Shown here: positions 30,623-38,404 of the stretch, piece by piece | Numbering within the stretch: the stretch's first letter is position 1 | How the letters are laid out: every line of letters starts with the position of its first letter | NCBI GenBank assembly: GCA_963815215.1 | Contig: CAWFFU010000011.1 | Location: forward strand, 64,001 to 128,000 | Direction: 5' to 3' | Source: an uncultured Trueperaceae bacterium | GTDB taxonomy: Bacteria > Deinococcota > Deinococci > Deinococcales > Trueperaceae | Length of the DNA: 64,000 nucleotides | The notes under the pieces: generated by a model | Told to the model about the DNA's origin: nothing | Database searches by the model: none | Seen by the model: only the letters and a program-made list of their open reading frames with translations | Made by a program: the position numbers and the translations under genes

Positions 30623-33097
30623 CTACCCCTGCGTCTCGGCACGCCAGCGCTTGCGGATGCGCCGTATGCGCGCGTTCGCGAGCGGCCGCCGAGGATCGTT
30701 CGGTGGAAGGTGACGCCGCGTCTCCTCCCACAGCTCCAGGTCGTCCCCTTGCTGGTTGGCCAGGTCGATCATTGCGTCCGGATCGCCCGACGCCAACACG
30801 GCCTGCCGGAGGCTCTCCTCGAGGTGCTCTCGGAGCTCCACCACCGCCGGAGCCTCCGACTCGGGAAGGAGCGGACCCCGATACAGCTCGAGTGCCGCCT
30901 GGACCTTGCCTTCGTGGAGGAGCTCGAGCACCTTCACGAAGTCCGCCTCGTACGCTTCCGCGATGTGATACGGATGCGGCTCGATCGAGATCACCTTGCG
31001 CGCACGCGAGATCGTCGCTTTCAACGTGCTGGGGTTCGCGCGGTCACCGTACAACGCCAACGCGAGGGGCTCCCCACGAATCCCTTCACGGTTCGACGCC
31101 AGAACCGCGATGAGCTCCGCGAATCGCAGGCTGAGCGGTGTCTCCCCGTCGGCCCCGTGCAACGAACGCTTCCCCAGCAGCCGGATCTTCACCTCCGGCT
31201 CGTCATGCCTGAACAGGGCCTTCAGTTGTGCGACTTCCGGTCCATCGCCACCCAAGAGCAGCCAGCCCGAGTCCCCCAGTTGCCTGAGGTAGCGAGCGTT
31301 CTTCTCCATGAGGGCGCGGGCTTCTTCGGGGCGGTCCCTCCGGACAAGGGATCTCGCAAGGTGAAGCGTCGCGCGAGCATTAAACGGTCCAATCGGCCTC
31401 GTTTGCATGCCAGCAAGAGCGGCCCTCAGGTGCTCTTCACCGTCGCGCCATTTCGAGTGAACCAACGCCGAACCCAAGTTGAGTCGCGCAACGTCCCGCT
31501 GGAACCCAGGTGCAAGGTCCGAAAGCTCACTTGCCTTCGTTGCAGTCTCGAGAGCCGCGCCCGTATCCCCAATCATCAGATATGCGAACACCAGGTCGGA
31601 TGCCATACTCGGAAACATGCCAGCCGGCGAAGCTTCCACGTTCAGGCTGTAGTACTCCAATGCCTCGTCATGCCTTCCTTCAACGATCGCAAGGTCGCCC
31701 AGAGTAGACCGGATTCCCTCGGTAGACGGAATCCCGAGGGTACCTTCCGTGAGTCTCACGGTATCCAGCAACTGTCTGGCAGCCTTCACGGCACCGGTCA
31801 GAATCTTCGGGTAACCCGCGACGCCTACGACAAGTAGCCGCAATAGCTCCTCGCGCAATTCATGCATCTGATATTGCTGTACTGCCCACGCCCCCCAATG
31901 CCCCGCGCGCTCATAGGCACCGGAGAAGACATGAACCTGCGCAATTCCTGCAGCGGCCGAAACGGCCAGACGCGGTCTCGCCTCCCCCTCAGCCAATTCG
32001 ATTGTCTCCTTGTAGAGACGTTCGGCCGCGGTGAAGTCACCAAGAAACTCGTTTATAAATGCCAAGGATCTCGCTGTCTCCGGACTACGCCGTGTGCGGT
32101 GAGCTCGAGTGGCCTCGCCCAACGATCGGTCGTTGAATTCCACAGCCGCACGCAAAGCCCGAAGATCAGGCGCGTCATGAGCTTCAAGATACTTGTCGAC
32201 CCTTGGGAGCATTGAGCGCCACTTGTTGACCGCTATTGCACTGTTGAACATCCAATACATGAATTCCTCTTGCCTGAACATCCAACGGGGTACTTCTGAC
32301 ATATATCGCCAGAATCGCTCGAACTCACCGGCTTCAAAGTAGGCGTTTCCGGCCTCGCCAAGAACCTCGGCCAACCGGGTTTGAGCGTGGTCAAAAGCAA
32401 ATTCAAATGCTTCGATCCATCGCTTGCGTGCAATCAGCACGTCGATGACTCCGTTGACTCCTTCACGAAATGCGGCCCCGAGGTAGTCGCCCAAGAGACC
32501 CTGATTTGACTGCGTCCTCCGATTCAGCATGAGTGCATCTTCTATAGCGCTTAGCGCTCCGCCAGCGTCCATCACGGCCCGCTGAATATCGTGCGGGTCA
32601 CGCTCCAGCTCGAATAGTTCCTGAGCTTCCGCAATCGTGATTCGGAGATCAGACCCTTCGATAGGAGAGGTGACGATTGCCTCCGCTATCGAAGGAATCA
32701 CTTCGCAGGCATGCAGCACGAGTAGATTGGGAGAGCGAATCGACTCGAGAAGGCGAAGGGCCAGTTGGGGAGACTCGTCAGCGTTGACAACGGCAACAGT
32801 AATCGGCTCAAGGGCTGGCAGGAAGGACTCAAACACCGCAAACGCATACTCTTCACCAACCCCAAGACCGAACAAGGAGGAGCCTAGCCCGCGGCGGAGG
32901 GCTTCCGACAACGCGTTTCCAACGCTCACGGAGTCGCTGCACTCAACTTCGCGCAAATCCAAGAAGACAAGGGGCTGCTCTGGGTCACGTAGGCCAACGA
33001 ACACGCGCCGGAGCCCCCACTCGTCTCCTGCGACCACGAAGACCGGCGACGGCATCTCAAGAAGAGTGCGACGTACGCGCTCGAACCACGTATTCAT
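30623..33097 (-). CDS. Large (824 aa) regulator: degenerate MalT-like N-terminus, TPR-like helical middle, C-terminal winged-helix plus short BTAD-like region
   Basis: AAGGAGG RBS before ATG 33097; TPR-like helices (LGDLAIVEGRHDEALEYY); C-terminus IRLLG...RFAELIAVLAS...TLKATISRARK...YRGPLLPESEAP. Confidence 0.75.
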   Translation of the reverse strand: MNTWFERVRRTLLEMPSPVFVVAGDEWGLRRVFVGLRDPEQPLVFLDLREVECSDSVSVGNALSEALRRGLGSSLFGLGVGEEYAFAVFESFLPALEPITVAVVNADESPQLALRLLESIRSPNLLVLHACEVIPSIAEAIVTSPIEGSDLRITIAEAQELFELERDPHDIQRAVMDAGGALSAIEDALMLNRRTQSNQGLLGDYLGAAFREGVNGVIDVLIARKRWIEAFEFAFDHAQTRLAEVLGEAGNAYFEAGEFERFWRYMSEVPRWMFRQEEFMYWMFNSAIAVNKWRSMLPRVDKYLEAHDAPDLRALRAAVEFNDRSLGEATRAHRTRRSPETARSLAFINEFLGDFTAAERLYKETIELAEGEARPRLAVSAAAGIAQVHVFSGAYERAGHWGAWAVQQYQMHELREELLRLLVVGVAGYPKILTGAVKAARQLLDTVRLTEGTLGIPSTEGIRSTLGDLAIVEGRHDEALEYYSLNVEASPAGMFPSMASDLVFAYLMIGDTGAALETATKASELSDLAPGFQRDVARLNLGSALVHSKWRDGEEHLRAALAGMQTRPIGPFNARATLHLARSLVRRDRPEEARALMEKNARYLRQLGDSGWLLLGGDGPEVAQLKALFRHDEPEVKIRLLGKRSLHGADGETPLSLRFAELIAVLASNREGIRGEPLALALYGDRANPSTLKATISRARKVISIEPHPYHIAEAYEADFVKVLELLHEGKVQAALELYRGPLLPESEAPAVVELREHLEESLRQAVLASGDPDAMIDLANQQGDDLELWEETRRHLPPNDPRRPLANARIRRIRKRWRAETQG

Positions 33098-33230
33098 CTT
33101 GCCCTCCTTGTCAACTACTCCTCCTTGCTGTAGCCCCCGTGGGTCTGGTCTGAGTCCCCAACCCCCGTACAGCAAGCCTCAACTACTTGTTCCTGATCTT
33201 CCACCTCGGCAACCATCTATGCTCAGTTCA

Positions 33231-34418
33231 ATGCCGCTCTCCCCCCAGGCACTTAGGCGTCGCGCAAAGAAGTTCCTCGTGCGGAATCAGCTCCAGCTGT
33301 TTGTCCCCGTCCTTCCTGGACTAGAGCGCCTGACGGCCGAGCAGGCGAAGTCTATTGGCCAAGAGATCCGAATCGTGCACGGCGGCATTGAGTTTCGAGG
33401 TGACCTTGCCTCAATCTATCGGGCCAATCTCGCAGTGCGGACGGGAAACCGCGTGCTCCTCCGTCTGGGTCAGTTCCTATCACAAAGCTACCCCATGCTC
33501 TACAATCACGCACGCAGGATTGACTGGCCCGCCGTTCTAGGCAATTGCCCAGACGTCAGTATTGACGTATCGGCCCGCGAGTCTCGCCTCAATCACAAGG
33601 AAGGCATTCGTCAGGCAATTCTTGACGCAATTCGCAGTTCCATGGCGGAGCACGACGTCAACACTGTTCTCGTCGATGGCGGTCCCCTCACCGTGAAGGC
33701 GAGGCTCTACCAAGACAGGTGCACGCTAAGTCTCGACACAACAGGGGAACACCTTCACAAGCGGGGATATCGAAGTCACGCAACAACTGCGCCGATCCGC
33801 GAAACAACGGCAGCTGGCATGCTTCTCCTTGCCCAATCTAAATCGTATGACGTCATAATCGATCCATTCTGTGGGTCCGGAACATTCGCAATTGAGGCCG
33901 AGCTAATCGCTAGGAACTATCCCCCCGGGATGTCCAGACGCTTCGCAATCGAGAACAGTCCTTTGCACGCGCCCGGAATGCTTCGCCACATCGGCCGGCA
34001 GCTGCTCGCGAGTGCTAGCGACCATTCCACTCAGACTGTTCTCGGCTTCGACATCTCGCCGACTGCAATACAATCAGCCAAATACAATGCCGACAAGGCC
34101 CCCACGACAGGGGTCAAGTTCGCTGTGTGCGACGCTTTGGCACTGGACTTCAGCAGTCTCCTACCCGAAGGGACGAAAGGGTTGATCGCGGCCAACCTTC
34201 CCTATGGAGTCCGGCTTGGAACGCGCACGAAGACGCAGTCCTTGGTACGAGCCTTCTGCTCGGTCGTCGCCCGAACTGCTGTGGGATGGGACTTTCTGCT
34301 GATCATGCCAGAAGCAGACCCGGTTCGCGAACCGGGTCTGCTGGTTGAGCGTACACTTTCATTTTCCAACGGAGGCATCCCGGTAGTCGCTTCGTTGGGA
34401 CGTGTGGAGCAACGGTAA
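33231..34418 (+). CDS. THUMP-domain SAM-dependent RNA methyltransferase (RlmL-like)
   Basis: SLDTTGEHLHKRGYR, APIRETTAAGML, DPFCGSGTFAIEA, ANLPYG; TATGCT -10 shortly before ATG 33231. Confidence 0.85.
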   Translation: MPLSPQALRRRAKKFLVRNQLQLFVPVLPGLERLTAEQAKSIGQEIRIVHGGIEFRGDLASIYRANLAVRTGNRVLLRLGQFLSQSYPMLYNHARRIDWPAVLGNCPDVSIDVSARESRLNHKEGIRQAILDAIRSSMAEHDVNTVLVDGGPLTVKARLYQDRCTLSLDTTGEHLHKRGYRSHATTAPIRETTAAGMLLLAQSKSYDVIIDPFCGSGTFAIEAELIARNYPPGMSRRFAIENSPLHAPGMLRHIGRQLLASASDHSTQTVLGFDISPTAIQSAKYNADKAPTTGVKFAVCDALALDFSSLLPEGTKGLIAANLPYGVRLGTRTKTQSLVRAFCSVVARTAVGWDFLLIMPEADPVREPGLLVERTLSFSNGGIPVVASLGRVEQR

Positions 34419-34456
34419 CGGTTGCGCGCAGCCCGCAGTCGCAAGTGCCCCGCATA

Positions 34457-35446
34457 TCAGATCGCGAACGGCGCGACCGACTCAGCCTTGGCCGACCCGT
34501 TGACCGAAGGGCTAGCGATCGCGGTACCATACTCGACCTGGCCTGCGTCTATCAACGATTCGAAGACAGGCACGATACTCGGATCAAACTGCGTTCCTGC
34601 ACCGTTCACAACGTACCTCAGGGCCTGTCCAACAGGCATGGGGCTTCTGTAAGGCCGCAAACTGGTCAGAGCCTCAAAGACATCCGCGATAGCGATGATG
34701 CGGGACAACTTCGGAATCTCGTCTCCTCGATATCCGAGAGGGTACCCGAGCCCGTCCCATCGCTCATGATGAGCTCGAACCACGTCAGCAATTGGTCTGA
34801 AGCCCTGAGACACGGACGCCAATAGATCTGCGCCATAACCGGGATGCCGCCGGATCTCGGCAAATTCGTCTTCCGAAAGTCGACCATTCTTCATAAGGAT
34901 GTACTCGGGCACAGCAATCTTTCCAATGTCATGGAGAAGGGCGGCCCAGTAGAGCACGTCCAAATCCTCCGCGCTCAATCCCAGGGCTAGGCCGAGAGCA
35001 ACCGCGTTCTTTGCTACGCGACGAGAATGTCCTTGGGTATGATCATCGCGGACCTCAACCGTGCGCGCAAGGCTTTCGAGAACCCTGTCTCGACCGAGAC
35101 TCGACGAACCACGGTCGATGTGCTGCATGGCCGAGGATGCTTTCGGCGCATGCCGACGTCGCAAGAGCCACGCACTCGCCCCAGCAAAGGCGACATACAG
35201 CACCGCCTGTACTACCCACGGTTCGCGTACTTGCACGAATGTCGGAATTGTCGCGTCCATCGCAGCAACCAGGCCTACCCCAAGAGCAAAGGACAGCCCC
35301 CACGAGTACGCGGCTAGCAGGATTGGAATATACAGCAACTGGAGCGCGGCCAGACGAGTCGAAGGAATCACGATGGACACGATTACCAGGACCATCAGTA
35401 GCGCTAGAACACCAATTCCCTTGGCCGGCAGGCCGTTTGAGCGCAT
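34457..35446 (-). CDS. Membrane-anchored HD-GYP phosphodiesterase (start uncertain: 35446 or 35527)
   Basis: About four N-terminal TM segments; HTQGHSRRV, ALLHDIGK, HHERWDGLGYP, IADVFEALTSLRPYR. Confidence 0.88.
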   Translation of the reverse strand: MRSNGLPAKGIGVLALLMVLVIVSIVIPSTRLAALQLLYIPILLAAYSWGLSFALGVGLVAAMDATIPTFVQVREPWVVQAVLYVAFAGASAWLLRRRHAPKASSAMQHIDRGSSSLGRDRVLESLARTVEVRDDHTQGHSRRVAKNAVALGLALGLSAEDLDVLYWAALLHDIGKIAVPEYILMKNGRLSEDEFAEIRRHPGYGADLLASVSQGFRPIADVVRAHHERWDGLGYPLGYRGDEIPKLSRIIAIADVFEALTSLRPYRSPMPVGQALRYVVNGAGTQFDPSIVPVFESLIDAGQVEYGTAIASPSVNGSAKAESVAPFAI

Positions 35447-35614
35447 CGCCGATCCAGAATCAAGAATCGCGCGCAGCCGCGATATGGCCTTGATTGCGCT
35501 CCTCACGTTGAAGCTCCGGATCTCCACCCCATGATTGCCAAATGCGACAACTCAGGTTTGAGGAAGACGCGTACTCCCACGGCTGACGCCTCCTTTCGGC
35601 GTAACCGCAAAGTA

Positions 35615-35653
35615 GCAGGGTGACGCTTATTGTCCGTATAAACGCCACCCTAC
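35615..35653 (-). terminator. 16-bp hairpin downstream of the propeptide ORF
   Basis: Minus strand GTAGGGTGGCGTTTAT-ACGGACA-ATAAGCGTCACCCTGC followed by TACTTT; three G-U pairs form only on the minus strand. Confidence 0.55.
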
Positions 35654-35722
35654 ACGCACGTCTGGCAAGTTCTCAATCCGTTACGGCGTGCCTACTCCTC
35701 AAGCTGAGTCAGACTGCCAAAG

Positions 35723-35824
35723 CTACCTCTTGATCATGCTCACACCAGCCGTTGCAACGAACGGCATGGCGGCAAGGGCAGCAAACACGATTGCGGCAAA
35801 GATGCGCTTCCCAGTGTTCTTCAT
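35723..35824 (-). CDS. 33-aa secreted propeptide MKNTGKRIFAAIVFAALAAMPFVATAGVSMIKR (candidate signalling-peptide precursor)
   Basis: Below the ORF-track cut-off; translated manually. Basic n-region, 16-aa h-region, A-T-A cleavage motif, 7-aa tail; GGGAGG 12 nt upstream; own sigma70-type promoter. Confidence 0.75.
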   Translation of the reverse strand: MKNTGKRIFAAIVFAALAAMPFVATAGVSMIKR

Positions 35825-36072
35825 ATGTGGTCCCATCCTCCCGTTTGGCCTGCGAAAGGCCACAACTACCTACACAGGTCTCCCAAAGCCTGAGTAGTCG
35901 CCTGCTGGTCTCCCAACCTCGCAGACAAATGACTGGCGGTACTCCGCCACCCTACGAACTGTTTGGAGCTTGAATTAGGAGTGAACCGAACCTCTCCTAT
36001 TAGCTCCCATCTCTTCCTGCACGGCGCCCAGAGGACCCCGAATCAAGCTGGCCTCCCAACCACCTTGATATG
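35825..36072 (-). promoter_or_regulatory. ~245-nt structured 5' leader of the propeptide mRNA
   Basis: Six consecutive hairpins, three with UGGGAG at the apex (36053-36058, 35910-35915, 35880-35885); G-U pairs favour the minus strand. Confidence 0.6.
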
Positions 36073-36078
36073 CGTTAC

Positions 36079-36108
36079 AAGCTACCACGTTGGGCAATGT
36101 ATCGTCAA
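36079..36108 (-). promoter_or_regulatory. sigma70-type promoter for the leader and propeptide
   Basis: TTGACG (36103-36108), 18-nt spacer, extended -10 TG-G-TAGCTT (36079-36084). Confidence 0.65.
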
Positions 36109-36144
36109 CGACGCTGGCATTCATCAGGAGCTTCGACCTAGGCG

Positions 36145-36150
36145 TATAAT
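36145..36150 (+). promoter_or_regulatory. -10 element for the divergent TPR regulator
   Basis: Perfect TATAAT about 170 nt upstream of ATG 36318; no clear -35. Confidence 0.45.
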
Positions 36151-36317
36151 GGCGCTTCCACACGGCTTTAGTGGGATGCGCCTGTGGTCAATTGCGCGCA
36201 CCTAGAGCACCGAATACATTATCGTCGCCTAGGGTAGCCTCTCGGTTCAGTAGCAGCGGGCCTCTCACCTCAGCCCTGAGGCGCACCGCGTGGGCTAGAA
36301 AGGCCCTTGGAACAACG

Positions 36318-37982
36318 ATGAGTGAATCCGTACAGATGATGGTTACTAGGAGATTCCCCGGAATCCATCTCGAAAGTGAGGTCCAGGGTTGGGTCTTCCT
36401 CGAGGAGTTCGAGAAGGGCGTGGCAAGCTACGAAGCCACTACGACGCCCACGGCCAAAGACGATCGTTGGCTTGGTGTCTGCTACTTCCAGCTCTTCCGT
36501 GATCTTGATGCACTTGAGGCATTCTATCGAGCGATCAATCGCGGTGAAGACGCAGCTCGGGTGAACGCGGCGCATCTTCTCAAGTTTGTCGAACGATCTG
36601 AGGAAGCCAAGGAAGAACTCTCGAAGGTCGACCCCGAAACTCTCTGCACGTACGACAGGGTTCTATATCATCGGGTCCTTAGCATTCATGAAGAGAACAG
36701 CGGAAATCTTCGAGATGCCCTGAATGCTGCGGAAGAGGCGTGGCGACGTGTCCAGGGCATGCCTGAGTTCGGCCTACTTGCGCCAGCAATTCTTGTTCAA
36801 TTGGCAATCCTCCACGGGCGCATTGGAAGATCCCAGAGGGCCCTATGGTTTCTCGAACGGGGGCTGCAGTTCACAGGACCACTGGAGAATCTGAAGGTCA
36901 GATTGGGGCGGGCCGCCCTACTCATCAACCTTGGTCGATATCAGGAGGCACATGCAGAGCTAGAGTCAGTCGACCTAAGCGAGGCCCCTGCTTACCAGGT
37001 CCAGCAGCGCCTCCTTCACGGGGAACTTGATTGGGCGACTGGAAATCTGGAGCGCGCGATCCAGCAGTTCACGGCAGCATCTCAATCCGCCTTCGCACTC
37101 CAGGCCACGTACGAAGAGTTCCAGTGCCGTTTGTCGCTCGCATGCATTGTGGGAGCACGGAGGGACTTCTCCGTCGCGACGGACCATATGACCCGGGCAC
37201 AAGCACTTATTACCGACCGATCGGACCGCTTGGTCTACCGGTTCCGGGAAGTGCTCTTGCTCTATTGGATGGGCACGTATAAGCCGCAACATGCTCTTGA
37301 AGAGTTTGGGGCACTGGTGGTCGAGTTTGGTGAGATGGGCCTTCTTCAGGAACAGTGCTCCGTACACCTCCACATCGCGAACATCCTGTTTGAGATGGAG
37401 CGAGATGACTACACCCAAGAGCTTGACCGCGTGCAGGCGCTCAGCGTGTCCCTGCAGAACCAGGCTTTCCTATCGAAGGAATGGACGCTGCTCCCAAGAC
37501 TTCAGAAGGCCTCCCAGAAATCGCATGCTCGGATCGCTGGTCGAAGGAACATAGTCTTCGAAGTATTCACGCTTGGCAGCGAGAGGCTCCTTCTTGCAAA
37601 ACGGCCTGTGAACATCCCACTTCGCAGAGGCGTCGAAGTCTTGGCGTTCTTCCTGGAGAACAAGGCCGTGACCCTCAAGCAACTCCTCGCAGAGGTCTTC
37701 CCCGACGACAAGCCACGGAGCGCCAAGTCCTATTTCCATCAGTTCCGCCACCAGCTGCGTGAGAACGTCGAGGGCCTCGAGATCGAGTACGACGGTGAGT
37801 CGAAGATGTACCGGCTCAAGAGCGAGATCGACATTGTCTGGGACGTGTCGGAGCTGCGGGCAGGGCGGATCATGGGCAAGACCGGGTTGTTCCTGCCTAG
37901 CTCCGGGAACGACTGGGCGCTTGCCATCGACCGCTCTCTGGACACGTACAGGGAAGCCGCCGGAGTGCTCGAGATCGCCTGA
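36318..37982 (+). CDS. TPR-repeat protein with C-terminal SARP-like winged-helix and truncated BTAD-like region (candidate peptide receptor/regulator)
   Basis: Serial TPR-like helices (WLGVCYFQL..ALEAFYRAI, RAALLINLGRYQEAHAEL, GELDWATGNLERAIQQF); C-terminus EVFTLG...EVLAFFLE...YFHQFRHQLRE...WDVSEL...GLFLP...W. Confidence 0.8.
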   Translation: MSESVQMMVTRRFPGIHLESEVQGWVFLEEFEKGVASYEATTTPTAKDDRWLGVCYFQLFRDLDALEAFYRAINRGEDAARVNAAHLLKFVERSEEAKEELSKVDPETLCTYDRVLYHRVLSIHEENSGNLRDALNAAEEAWRRVQGMPEFGLLAPAILVQLAILHGRIGRSQRALWFLERGLQFTGPLENLKVRLGRAALLINLGRYQEAHAELESVDLSEAPAYQVQQRLLHGELDWATGNLERAIQQFTAASQSAFALQATYEEFQCRLSLACIVGARRDFSVATDHMTRAQALITDRSDRLVYRFREVLLLYWMGTYKPQHALEEFGALVVEFGEMGLLQEQCSVHLHIANILFEMERDDYTQELDRVQALSVSLQNQAFLSKEWTLLPRLQKASQKSHARIAGRRNIVFEVFTLGSERLLLAKRPVNIPLRRGVEVLAFFLENKAVTLKQLLAEVFPDDKPRSAKSYFHQFRHQLRENVEGLEIEYDGESKMYRLKSEIDIVWDVSELRAGRIMGKTGLFLPSSGNDWALAIDRSLDTYREAAGVLEIA

Positions 37983-38025
37983 TGGGCTCCGGCCCTGTCG
38001 GCAGCGCTTGTGGTAAGCTCATCAC

Positions 38026-38090
38026 AACGGAAGAGACGGTGGTAGGGAGATCCCGGAGCTGCGGTTGGGAGCCACACGCTCCGGGTTTTT
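38026..38090 (+). ncRNA. Candidate ~65-nt G-rich sRNA, or 3' UTR/terminator of the TPR gene
   Basis: Extended -10 TG-G-TAAGCT (38014-38019); terminator CCCGGAGC..GGT-TGGGA-GCC..GCTCCGGG-TTTTT (38052-38090). Confidence 0.45.
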
Positions 38091-38404
38091 CTGTCGCGGT
38101 ACCGATGGTGATGGGGCCTCCGACCGGCTCCCCGCCTGGCCCGCCACGTGACCCGGCATTGTTCTAGGCCCCAAGTCATAGGGCCCAAGGCGTCATGGCC
38201 CCGCCATACGCGCGTTCCCAATGGTTTCCCGGGGCTGCTCCTTGGCATTCGTCTTGGACGTCATCCTGAACGTCGTTGCAGCGCAATCGTCGCGCGCAGC
38301 ACGTCGACCGTCGCGCCCGGGCTACGTGCCGGCTGCTGGACGGTTGCGTGCCGGCTGCGGGACGGCTGTAAGAATCCCGTAAGACGAGCTGGCTATACTC
38401 GCTT

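Noticed and set aside
35575..35625. Possible c-di-GMP-I riboswitch upstream of the HD-GYP gene (GAAA-containing hairpin, GCAAAG)
   Set aside because: GCAAAG is on the strand opposite the gene and the GGCAAA...GACGCAAAG arrangement is absent; an Rfam search would settle it.
35825..36072. CsrB/RsmZ-type or ANTAR-type interpretation of the repeated loops
   Set aside because: Loops are UGGGAG rather than ANGGA and lack the ANTAR loop A at position 1; no CsrA or ANTAR gene is in the window. Kept only as an unassigned structured leader.
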